Below are positions 25,189 through 36,297 of a stretch of 64,000 nt of DNA, piece by piece. Both the position numbers and the translations under genes were made by a program. The stretch is from Gekko japonicus. Its lineage: Eukaryota. Position 1 is the stretch's first letter, and each line of letters opens with the position of its first letter. Under the pieces are notes generated by a model. That model saw only the letters and a program-made list of their open reading frames with translations, made no database searches and had not been told where the DNA came from. The DNA is taken from contig NW_015161948.1 of NCBI RefSeq assembly GCF_001447785.1, forward strand, positions 1,203,556-1,267,555. The letters run 5' to 3'.

Positions 25189-27153
25189 TATTGCACCCCT
25201 CACCATGTGAAGCCAGTCACTGCCTGAGGGAGGGAGCAACCTAGGAGGTGGCTGGGGCCTTTCTCCAGGACATTTCTCCAGGTCAGATGAAAGGGCAGAG
25301 AGGAGGAGTCAGCCCTGGGAGAAGATTGGAAGGGCAGTCTGTTCAAGGAGGATCTGCAGCAGGCCAGGGAGGATGAAGTATCCCTGCTCAGGCAGTGTGT
25401 AAGAGCTGAGGGAACAGGAAGGAGGAGCAATGTGATGTAACCCCCTTCCCTTTACAATCTGAGGTCTAGTGGATTTTCCACTGTGGGGAGGGGCATGGCA
25501 GAACTTGGACAATGCAGCCTTGACCAGAGAGAACATCACACCACATTTCGTGTTCATATCTTTTTTACCATCGTCCATCTTCTGGTAGGCCATCTCCTTT
25601 TTGACCATGTGCTGTCATCTTATCCTTTGTGAGTCTGTCGTACAGAACAGAAGTTTTTTATAATGCCAATAGAGCACTCACTCCCCTGCTACTGAGTGGA
25701 AAATTACCTGCTAAGAAAGGCTAGAAAGTTCTTGTTACCACCATTGAAGATGCACTGCTTGCTCCAGTAATGCAAACCTCTGTTGTTTTCTGGACTACAT
25801 CTGTTAATATATGAATTGAGGTCCTGCCAATTTTTGCAGACTGGGATATGGGGAAAATGCTTTCTCATCCTTTTGACTGTATGGAAATGTAGGTTTAGCT
25901 TAGCCTCTGAGCATTCACCTTACAAAGTGATATATTTTTATACAGATAGCTGAGGTGAAGTGTCATCTGGACTTTTCAGGAGCGCCAGGATCAGAAACTG
26001 TAGGGAATTGGGTGGCAGCTGGACCCATATATTGCATTTATGACTCCTTTTGAAATACAAGGAAACAGGAAAGCACTTATGTGCTCTGTTATAACTCCAC
26101 CCAGGTTTTATCATACACCAGCTTACTGGGTACCTATGTATCTTTTTAGGGGAATTCACCTAGCAGTCAAACATTTGTGTTCTCTTTTGGGGGGCAGTTT
26201 CACCTAAGTCTACCTTTAAGCAGGTTGAGTTCCTCGGCCAGGGACAAGATCTGTAGTTTGTTGAGAAGAATTCAGCATTGATTGTGGCTTCTGGTGCTAA
26301 GAGAGAGAATGTTATATGGAGTGCCCAACTTTCTGGAGGATTGAAATCGCTTTGTATCTCCGGGGCTGACTATTTCCTAGTCTCTGGTCTCAATTGATGC
26401 TTTGAAGGGATATTCAACACATGTCCAATGAGAGGTCAAGCAGGCATACAGAAAGCTGTTTGCCCTGAACAAGGTATGAGAGGAAGAGAAGCCTTACTTG
26501 GGTTTCAGGGTGTTAAAGACTACAGCATTTACTGAGCAATGGGGACTGATATATTGGAGAGGAGGAAGAAATAGTTAAGAATGCCTTTTTAAAACATGAG
26601 CTGCTTTGAAGATTTCATAGTTGAAAAGTGAGAGTTTAATCAGTTGTCAACAAATCATCAATGGTAGACTGGAAATTAGGAAGCGGCTTTGAAGTTCAGA
26701 AACAGTCTCTCTGTGTGAGACCAAAGAACCGCACTAGAGTTCCTGTTGTGTGGTATTATATTCAAGAAGCTTTTAAACATTTTCTGTGATTAAATGTTCT
26801 AATTCCCTTATTCTAGTCAAGATTCCTCCGTTATCTACCCTGCTGCAACTGGATGTGGTTTCACCCAGCCATATTGTTTCCAGTTATGCTCTGGCTATCA
26901 GGCAGGGCTGCAAGAAGCTCTTAGAAAAACTTACCACAGAAGTTTATTCTCATATTTAGGGAGCCGTCTTAAGCAGGCCCATTTTATTTAATAGGGCTTG
27001 ATCCCAGGAAAGATCTGTAGTCTTGATCTGGCTTTTGAATGTACTTACCCTTTTACCAGCTGATCATCCTGGATCTTCCCTTTGTTTGACACTCTCTGTT
27101 TCCTAATGGTGTCGTCCTTCCCATCAGTGTCCCATTTTGCAAATACTGTATAT

Positions 27154-27724
27154 CAGGGATCCCCAGTAAGGTGTGCGTGAGCACCCATGGTGCCTGCCAA
27201 CACTGTTTCCAGCACCCACCAAATGTTTTTAGAAAATGAGTGGGGCCAGGTGGGGCTTTTGCCCAGCAAGGCTTCTGAGAGGCTGTGCAAATTTTTAAAA
27301 ACATTGCTTTGGCGGCAACAGCCTTCACAGCACAAGAATTTTAGCTGAGTGCCCCTGACCTGGATAGCCCAGACAAGCCTGATCTCGTCAGATCTTGGAA
27401 GCTAAACAAGGCCAACCCTGGCAAGTTCTTGGAAGGGAGACCTCTAAGGAATACCAGGGCTGAGATGCAGAGGCAGGAAATAGCAAGCCACCTCTCTGAA
27501 ACGTCCAAGCCCCACTAGGGGTTGCTGGAAGTCAACCATGTCTTCCAGGCATACACATGCACACATACTACACACACAAAAATTAGCTGAGTGACTGAAA
27601 GTAAGCTGTAGCAGCCATTATGAGGCTGTCTCTACCTCCTGTGGCAACCATTTTGTGGTCACATCCACCATGCTATGTCAGAATTTGAAGGTGTCCATAG
27701 ACTCAAAGAGGGTGGGGACCCCTG
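27154..27724. mobile_element. hAT MITE hosting a 5S-derived SINE
   Basis: TIRs CAGGGATCCCCA ... TGGGGACCCCTG; flanks CTGTATAT / CTGTACAG; related inverted copy at ~54386-54712. Confidence 0.75.
27352..27582 (+). mobile_element. 5S rRNA-derived SINE (SINE3)
   Basis: GCCTGATCTCGTCAGATCTTGGAAGCTAAACAAGG...TTCTTGGAAGGGAGACC...GGAATACCAGGG resembles the 5S rRNA internal control region; RTE-like tail and CA repeat; 11-bp TSD TTAGCTGAGTG. Confidence 0.85.
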
Positions 27725-28369
27725 CTGTACAGGAACAGTTTTTGTGAGTCTACTTGTGTTTTGGGTATTCTTTTCTACTATGTCACACAACATTTGTTCA
27801 TGCAATTGCATTTACAACGCCTTATTTTGAATTTTGTTCCTGTACCTTGCCGTACATTTTTGCCCAAGTTGACTTTGCTAATCTAGTTGAACTGAAGCAG
27901 AATGCTGGTATTGCATCGTGTGTACTAAGCCTGGTTCACAAGTGGAGGAGAATAAGGTGGTAGAATGGATAGGCAGAGGTTCACACATTAGTATGCCCCC
28001 ACTGTGTTTAAAACTCCCTGCTAATAGAAAGCCAGCACAGCAAGCAAATAAAAGGGTTAGAACCAGTTTTCTGTTTGCTTAGAGTAGAATCTACCACATG
28101 CCGTTCGAAGTAAAGTAGTTTATTGAGACATTTCAGGTCTCTGCTACTACTTTGTTTTGCACCTATGAACCATGCGTCTGGTACAGTATTTTTGTTGATG
28201 TACCAGTTCCATTTATCATCCTTGGACAGGAATGACTAGAGCCCTTCATCTAATCTTTCTTTTCCCCTTCAGCTTTTAAGGATTTAAAATGGGAAGTGTG
28301 TTTACAAACAGGGTATCTTGCCAGAATATAGGAAACTCTCATGTTGCAATGCTTAACAACCATAATGGG

Positions 28370-30670
28370 ACTGGATAAAAGGACAAGTCCTTTTTTGGAT
28401 CAAAAACTGACTAATAGGAAACAGAGAGTGAGTATAGATAGGCAATTTTCTCAGTGGAGGGTGGTAAGCAGTGGGGTACCACAGGGATCAGTACTGGGTC
28501 TGATGCTTTTTAACTTGTTTATTAATGATTTTGACTTGGGAGTAAGCAGTGAAGTGGCTAAATTTGCAGATGACATAGAATTGTTCCGGGTGGTGAAAAG
28601 CAGGGAGGATTGTGAGGTACTCCAAAGGGATCTGCCGAGGATGGGCGAGTGGGCGTCAACATGGCACATGGGGTTCAATGTGGCCAAGTGGAAAGTGATG
28701 CATATTGGGGCCAAAAATCCTAAATACATGTTTTGCTTTGTTTTCAAATCCCTGGAGGGATATTTTTTTATTTTGCAAATACTACAAAAACTACAAAGAA
28801 ATATTAGGGAAGGGACTACAACTAAGGATAAAGGAAAGCAAACCACACTAAACTAAAACCCCAAGAGGAGGAGGTCTTTTCACTGTTAGTAAAAATGTTA
28901 GTACAATTAGTTTTAATATCACAATATACTTGTAGAGTTCTTGCTTATAACAATTAGTTATTTATATGTTATTTTGTTAGTTGTTATGAGAGAAGTCTCT
29001 GATCATTTTCTTATTCATTGCTTCTAAAGGCCATTTTCCAAGTCCTTCTGCCTTTATTTCGGCTTCCTGTCTCTAAAATCGTATACCACTCTGGCAGGTC
29101 CAGCACCCTTTTCTGCCGCAGAATCCTCATCCGTTCCCGAGGTAGCAGAGTCACTAGACTTCGTTTCTTCCTCTTTGGACTCTTCATCTGTCCCCTGCTG
29201 ACGCCTCAAAAATTCATTAGCTTTAAAAGTGGAGTCTATCATCTCTCTTCTATCATTGATCTTAAAGATGACACCCTCCGGAACCGCCCATCTGTACGAT
29301 ATCCCATTAGTTTGAAGAAAAGAAATTAAGTCCTTATAATTTTTCCTTTTTGGTCTAATTTCAAATAGAATGTCCTTTAAGGTTTTGATGGTTACATTTC
29401 CCATTTTCAGTGGAGTTGCTGANNNNNNNNNNNNNNNNNNNNNNNNNNNNNNNNNNNNNNNNNNNNNNNNNNNNNNNNNNNNNNNNNNNNNNNNNNNNNN
29501 NNNNNNNNNNNNNNNNNNNNNNNNNNNNNNNNNNNNNNNNNNNNNNNNNNNNNNNNNNNNNNNNNNNNNNNNNNNNNNNNNNNNNNNNNNNNNNNNNNNN
29601 NNNNNNNNNNNNNNNNNNNNNNNNNNNNNNNNNNNNNNNNNNNNNNNNNNNNNNNNNNNNNNNNNNNNNNNNNNNNNNNNNNNNNNNNNNNNNNNNNNNN
29701 NNNNNNNNNNNNNNNNNNNNNNNNNNNNNNNNNNNNNNNNNNNNNNNNNNNNNNNNNNNNNNNNNNNNNNNNNNNNNNNNNNNNNNNNNNNNNNNNNNNN
29801 NNNNNNNNNNNNNNNNNNNNNNNNNNNNNNNNNNNNNNNNNNNNNNNNNNNNNNNNNNNNNNNNNNNNNNNNNNNNNNNNNNNNNNNNNNNNNNNNNNNN
29901 NNNNNNNNNNNNNNNNNNNNNNNNNNNNNNNNNNNNNNNNNNNNNNNNNNNNNNNNNNNNNNNNNNNNNNNNNNNNNNNNNNNNNNNNNNNNNNNNNNNN
30001 NNNNNNNNNNNNNNNNNNNNNNNNNNNNNNNNNNNNNNNNNNNNNNNNNNNNNNNNNNNNNNNNNNNNNNNNNNNNNNNNNNNNNNNNNNNNNNNNNNNN
30101 NNNNNNNNNNNNNNNNNNNNNNNNNNNNNNNNNNNNNNNNNNNNNNNNNNNNNNNNNNNNNNNNNNNNNNNNNNNNNNNNNNNNNNNNNNNNNNNNNNNN
30201 NNNNNNNNNNNNNNATAGAGCAGGTAGAGAAAGAAGTGCTTTTCTCCCTTTCTCACAATACAAGAACTCATGGGCACTCAACAAAATTGCTGAGCAGTCG
30301 GGTTAGAACAGATAAAAGGAAGTCCTTCTTCACCCAAAGAGTGATTAACACATGGAATTCACTGCCACAGGAAGTGGTGGCAGCTACAAGCCTGGACGGC
30401 TTCAAGAGGTAATTAGATAAACATATGGAGCAGAGGTCCATCAGCGGCTATTAGCCTCAAGGTATAGATAGGAACTCTCAGGCTGGGGCAAGTGATGCAC
30501 TGTATTCTTGGTGTCTGGGGGGGGGAGGCAACAGTGGGAGGGCTCTTAGTGTCCTGGCCCCACTGCTGGACCTCCTGATGGCACCTGGTATTTTGGCCAC
30601 TGTGTGACACAGAGTGTTGGACTGGATGGGCCATTGGCCTGATCCAACATTGGATTCTCTTATGTTCTTA
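28370..30670 (+). mobile_element. CR1 LINE 3' portion interrupted by an L1-type insertion and an assembly gap
   Basis: SGVPQGSVLG, VAKFADD and KVMHIGAKN at 28370-28730; CR1 resumes after the gap at 30215 and runs to the CTCTTATGTTCTT tail. Confidence 0.9.
28731..29422 (-). mobile_element. ORF1-only L1-type (HAL1-like) element, 3' half (5' part lies in the gap)
   Basis: L1 ORF1 C-terminal-like peptide ...FEIRPKRKNYKDLISFLQTNGISYRWAVPEGVIFKI... with stop at 29054, ~320 nt 3' UTR, AATAAA and A-rich tail; homologous to 52261-53848. Confidence 0.75.
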
Positions 30671-31073
30671 CATTGGATGTTTCAAGGACTTTCCCAAGCA
30701 AGTTAGCACTTAGCTTGGTCTTGAAGAGCTATCCAATTTCAGAACAGCAGAGGGAGCTCTTGCTCCCTATAAAAGCAGCAGCTTTAGTAACTTGCTTTGT
30801 GGAACTGGACTGTCAGCATTATCCTGAAGGGGCTCTTGTGGATTGCAAAAAAAAAGCATTTTGTCACAATAGTTTCCATTAAGCCTGTATACTAAAATGA
30901 CTGTCTGGCTTATGTTCACATACCCACCTTCTCTGTTAAAATGTGATGTCCTCTGAACCACAGTGGCATCAGGATTATCCATATATAGGGTCTGTGAATA
31001 GAACCCCAAATTTCTGTTGGATCGGGCCCTAAAGATTTATCAAAGTTATATGAATATTAGTTCTGGCACGCCT

Positions 31074-31316
31074 TTTATTTATTTCATTCAGTTGTATCCC
31101 ACCTTTCTCCCCAGTGGAGACATGAAGCAGCTTACATTGTTCTCCTCTCCTCCATTTTACCTTATAACAACTCTTTGAGAAAGGTTATACTGATAGAGAG
31201 AGAGAGAGAGATTGAGACTGGCTCAAGAGCACCTGAGTTTCCATTGCAGAATGGAGTTCAAACCTGGGTTTCCCAGATACTAGTCCAACACTCTTAGCAC
31301 TACACCACACTGGCTC
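31074..31316 (-). mobile_element. tRNA-derived SINE with L2-like tail
   Basis: Minus strand GCCAGTGTGGTGTAGTGCTAAGAG...GGTTTGAACTCC head and GGGATACAACTGAATGAAATAAATAA tail; internal (GA)n. Confidence 0.7.
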
Positions 31317-31395
31317 TTTTGCATGTGTGTTCACATTAAAAAAAATGACTCCATGGACTCAAAATGCCATGTTTGGAATCTCCTTTAGTTTAGTT

Positions 31396-32826
31396 CAGGG
31401 GTGTTGAACTCATTTGATACAAGGGCCGGATCTGATATAAATAGGACTTTGTTGGGCCGGGCCATGTGTGTCATAAAATGTAATGGCAGGTAGCGAAGAT
31501 AATTAGGAATTTCAGACAGACAATATAATCCGGAATAGGAACGGTTCCGAAAGGGTTTCTGGTCTGGAATATATTTGTAATTTCAGACACAAATGCTTCT
31601 GTCCCATTTAGGAAATGTGGCTGAAGCGTTTTACCTGTCAACTGCTTCCAAGTAGTCTTTAGTTTCCTCTCCCAGTTCCGATGCGCTTTTCCCTGCCGTT
31701 TTTCGCCCACGCGGGCGATCTCCAGCTTTAAAAAAAAGTTTGCTTTAGAGCGCTATAACGGTATAACGCTATGACACAACAGCATTGTATCAACCCCATT
31801 GGAACGCCTGGAGTGTTTTGTTATAGTTCTATAGCGCTCTAAAGCGGACGTTCCAAAAAAAAAAACGGCGGGGAAAATCGGTGCAGTCTGAAATAGCAAA
31901 CCGCTTCAGATCCAGCTCTTTATCGGAAGGGGAAAGCCATGTGTGAAATGGCAGCCCTATACCAGTTTACTCCATGACGGATCAAAAACGGCTTCAAAAC
32001 GGGTTAAAAAGGGTAATGTGAAATTCCTCATCAACTTTATAAAGAACACCAACAAACACAATTAAAGGGGTTTTTAAACTTAAAATACAAACATGCTTAA
32101 AACAGTAACACTCTTGCCATAGTTTATTTAACAGTGTCTGATAACTGACACTTCCCAAACCTTCCCCCCTGACCCTTAAAAGATGCCTACCTAAAATGGA
32201 AAGGTGGGGGAATAGTGGGATTTGGCAATGCAGTTTTTTAAATAAAACATCAAGAAAAAGATGTTTCCGCAGCACTTTCGAAAGTTTTGAGAGTACCTTT
32301 CAGTGCCCAGAGTGATTCACACAAATCATTTGGTTACGGTCCTCCCGACAGCTCTGTGCATGGGGCCTGTTCCTGTGTTGAGGGGCCCTGGGCCGAGAGA
32401 GGTCACTACTCCCCTCTGCCCACTCACACTTGAACACACATGGAGCTGCTGTCTCCTGAATCAGACCCTGGGTCCATCAGAGTCCATATTGCCTACTCAG
32501 AGTGGCTGTGGCTCTCCAGCCATCATCTGGTATGTCCAACAGGTAGATCGCGATCTACCAGTAGATCGCGGAGGGGTCAGAGGTAGTTCACAGCCCCACT
32601 TGGTCTCCTGGTTTGCAGTTCTTTCTGGATCTTGGTCTCTCTGTTTTGTTTTTGCTTATTTTGCTTGCCAGTAAATGACAGAAGGTGCATTATAAATGGG
32701 GGGGGCAGTGGAACCCAACTTTAGTGGGTTAAAATCTAATTTGAAACTTTATTTTCATGGTGGTAGATCACCGGCACTTTTGGCCGGAAAAAATAGATCA
32801 CTACCTGTTCGAAGTTGGACATGCCT
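31396..32826. mobile_element. Cluster of hAT-type MITE pieces with a nested palindromic MITE
   Basis: CAGGGGTGTTGAACTC start; internal inverted repeat GCTTTAGAGCGCTATA ... TATAGCGCTCTAAAGC (31742-31844); end GTTGGACATGCCTG; boundaries uncertain. Confidence 0.5.
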
Positions 32827-32932
32827 GGCCATCATGACTAACCACTCATTCCTCCTGTCTGTCAAGGTTTATGTCCATCCCTTCTGAACTTGCTCTGTTT
32901 TTCTGGGTGATATGGAGAAGTGCTTATTTGGT

Positions 32933-33180
32933 GAGGGCCAGTTTGGTGTAGTGGTTAAGAGCGGTGGACTAATCTGGAGAACCGGGTTTGATTCCCCACT
33001 CCATATGAAGCCAGCTGGGTGACCTTGGGTCAGTCACAGTTCCCTCAGAGCTGTTCTCTCAATAGCAGTTCTCTTAGAGGTCTCTCAGCCCCACCTCCCT
33101 CACAGGGTGTCTTGTTGTGGGGAGAAGAAGGGAAGGAGATTGTAAGATGAGTGAAGGGCGGGGTATAAATCCAACTCTTC
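32933..33180 (+). mobile_element. tRNA-derived SINE with L2-like tail (squamate type)
   Basis: A box TGGTGTAGTGG, B box GGTTTGATTCC, body CAGCTGGGTGACCTTGGG, tail GGGCGGGGTATAAAT. Confidence 0.8.
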
Positions 33181-35005
33181 TTGTTTTTGGTCTAGGGTGA
33201 CATTATTTTAGTAATGTTTTTCTTTTTGTTGGTGTGTATACGTGTATGTGCATGCAGCTGAGTAAGTACATGGGGCATGACTTTCAGTCCACTTCGCCTC
33301 CCCTCCTTTTGCACATTTTAAGAATTTTAAGCATTTCAGCACTGCAGCCAAGCACAGAATGATCTTCTCTTGTCCCAGCAATTTCAATTTCATTTTAATA
33401 TCTTGCAGCTAATTCACACTTACCACTGCTTTCCTTGGTCTTGAAGTGCTTAGATTATGCAGCACTGCAGTGGTTTGAATGATTCCATTTAAAGGAAAGG
33501 TTACTGAATGGTCCCGGGGCTCAGTGTTGCAGCATAGTTGAGCACAGTTTTGCCGCAGGACCTGCAGGGTTTGCTGCACATAATCTATGTTTAATGTGTG
33601 CTGCATTTACAAGGTGCCCTGACTTCAGATTAAATTATGGCCTTCCAGACCTGCCTTGTAAATTTCCTTAGAGTTATTTTATACCGAAAGATTTCTAAGG
33701 CTGCAATAGGAGATGCGTGCCTGTTATGTTAAAGCAGCACAAGTCTAGGTCCTTCAGAGATCCCTGAACTGGACAATGTTTCTGCTTGCTATGTCATTTA
33801 ATGTTTTATGGCAGACAGAACATTACTTGAGGATATCACAGCATTAAAGAGGGAACTGCACAAAGGATAAATTCATAAAATTGTGATAGTTTTTGTCTTC
33901 ATGTCTCTTCTTTCTATGACTCCGTACACTGTGGCATCATTCTTCAAGTAAATGTTATGCATGGAACTGGCAAATGTGTAACAGACAAGGGTGTGCTTCA
34001 GAACAGCAGCAAGGCAGACATGCCTGAAAACACCTGGAAGGCAAAGAGAATGTAGGAGGCAGCAATCATTTGAAAGAATGGAGGAGTAGACAGAGGTTGC
34101 TGCTTGAGAGTAACTGACAAATTGTAGCTTACTGAGGGTTGCTGCCTGTTGGTGATTCACTATAAGACTAGGGTTGGCTGGTCAAGTGCTGGAAGCCAAT
34201 TCTCTGCCTTCTGTTATAGATGCTGATGACAAAAGTCTGTTGGAAACACATTGACAAGAACGGCCAGTTGTCAGGGAGTAGAAAAATAGATTCGTGGTTA
34301 TAAACAGAGGTTTTAAGAAAGGGACTCACGAGGACTTGCAGGGGCCCTATCAATCCTATAGATATCTTACTTGAAAACCTATCTCTTCTCTCCCCATATC
34401 TTCAGCCTTCCTTCCCCAGACAGCTGCTCCCCTTTCCTTCTCTCCCACCATCCACCTTCCTTATTCTGTACTCCTTTGACTTCAGTTTCCCTTTTTAATC
34501 TATTCTGCTTCTCCATCCTCCAGCTTTACCTCCCCTCTCTCCTCTTTTTTAGTCTGTCGTTCACCCCCCACCACCACCACCCACATGCTAGCACTGTAGC
34601 TTGGAATCCTTGGCAAGTTACAGTCTTGGAAGATCTCATTGGCATCCTTAAAGCAGCAGACATTGCTTCTATGGTTTTGGGGTGTTTTTACCCCAAGGCA
34701 TTTTTTAATTTTTGCATTTCATGTTTTTCGGCTAACCTGGGACTTGTCGAAAAATCCACTTTATCTGTCCCAGGTTTCACTGTGTGGATTTTTTGAACCT
34801 CACTCTACAACCTCTGTTCAGAATTAGATTTAATGATGGAAGTTATTGTGCAGAAGCTTAATTTCTACGCTGCAGAGCTGTGTGACTTTGGCTTTAGAGT
34901 TATTATGTTAGAGCTGCAGTTCTCAAGACAGGGTGGCTTTTGTATATATTTGCATCTCTTATTAGCAAAGGCTAATAAAGAGGATTTTCCTCTTTCTCTT
35001 ACTTT

Positions 35006-35235
35006 CATAAGAACATAAGAGACGCCAATGTTGGATCAGGCCAAAGGCCCATCCAGTCCAACACTCTGTCACACAGTGGCCCAAAATATCAGGTGCTATC
35101 AGGAGGTCCACCAGTGGGGCCAGGACATTAGAAGCCCTCCCACTATTGACCCCCCCAAGCACCAAGAAGACAGAGCATCACTTTCCCCAGAGCCCCTATC
35201 TATACCTTGTGGCTAATAGCCACTGTTGGACCTCT
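35006..35235 (-). mobile_element. CR1 3' UTR fragment
   Basis: CATAAGAACATAAGAGA tail (reverse complement) plus the same UTR as the other CR1 copies. Confidence 0.88.
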
Positions 35236-35450
35236 GCTTTATTGCTTACTTTGTTTTAAATCTTCCATTTATACTGCTTTCTTCCTTCCAAATTCATTCA
35301 ACTTTCTTTGCAGTTTTTTCTTCATATGTTGCTTCCTTCTTAGTATATCTTTGTTCTTACATTCTTTCTTCTCTTTTACTGTTCACAGTGTAGCACCATT
35401 GACACAATGGTGACCAAGTATTCACCCATAACTATACTTACATAACTATA

Positions 35451-36297
35451 CTGGATGAATCACAAGCGGGAATTAAGATTGCTGGGAAAAAGATCAACAA
35501 CCTCAGATATGCTGACGATACCACTCTAATGGCAGAAAGTGAAGAGGACCTTAAGAGCCTCTTGCTCAGAGTGAAAGAGGAGAGCGCAAAAGTGGGCTTG
35601 AAGCTCAACATCAAAAAAAACTAAGATCATGGCATCCGACCCCATCACTCTTTGGCAAATAGAAGGGGAAGTCGTGGAAGTAGTGACAGACTTCACGTTC
35701 CTGGGATCCCAGACTGTGGGATCCCAGACTGTGACAGCAGCCATGAAATTAAAAGACTCCTGCTCCTTGGGAGGAAAGTGATGGCGAACCTAAACAGCAT
35801 GATAAAAAGTAGAAACATCACCCTGCCAACAAAAGTCCGCATGGTCAAAGCAATGGTATTCCCAGTAGTCATGTATGGCTGCGAGCGTTGGATTATAAGG
35901 AAGGCCGAGCGCCGAAGAATAGATTCTTTTGAACTATGGTGCTGGAGAAGACTCTTGAGAGTCCCTTGGACTACAAGAAGATCAAATCAGTCAATCCTAA
36001 ACGAAATCAACCCTGACTGTTCCCTGGAAGGCCAGATAATGAAACTGAAGCTCAAATACTTTGGCTACCAAATGAGAAGGGAGCACTCACTGGAGAAGAC
36101 CCTGATGCTGGGAAAGACTGAAGGTCAAAGAAGACGGGGACGGCAAAGGATGAGATGGTTAGACAGTGTCATAGATGCAACGAACATGAAGTTGAGCAAA
36201 CTTCAGAGGACGGCGGAAGACTGGAAGGCCTGGCGTGATGTGGTTGATGGGGTCGCAAAGAGTCGGACTCAACTGTGCGACTGAACAACAACAACAA
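35451..36297 (+). mobile_element. 5'-truncated BovB
   Basis: Near-identical to 20551-21410 (LRYADD to the 3' end); (CAA)n tail; small indels and a duplication at ~35700. Confidence 0.93.

Noticed and set aside
27360-27460. Functional 5S rRNA gene
   Set aside because: Diverged, fused to a LINE-like tail and flanked by a TSD, so it is a SINE
29361-30306. Long ORFs of 280-400 aa (also 66-752)
   Set aside because: Length is an artefact of translating N gaps
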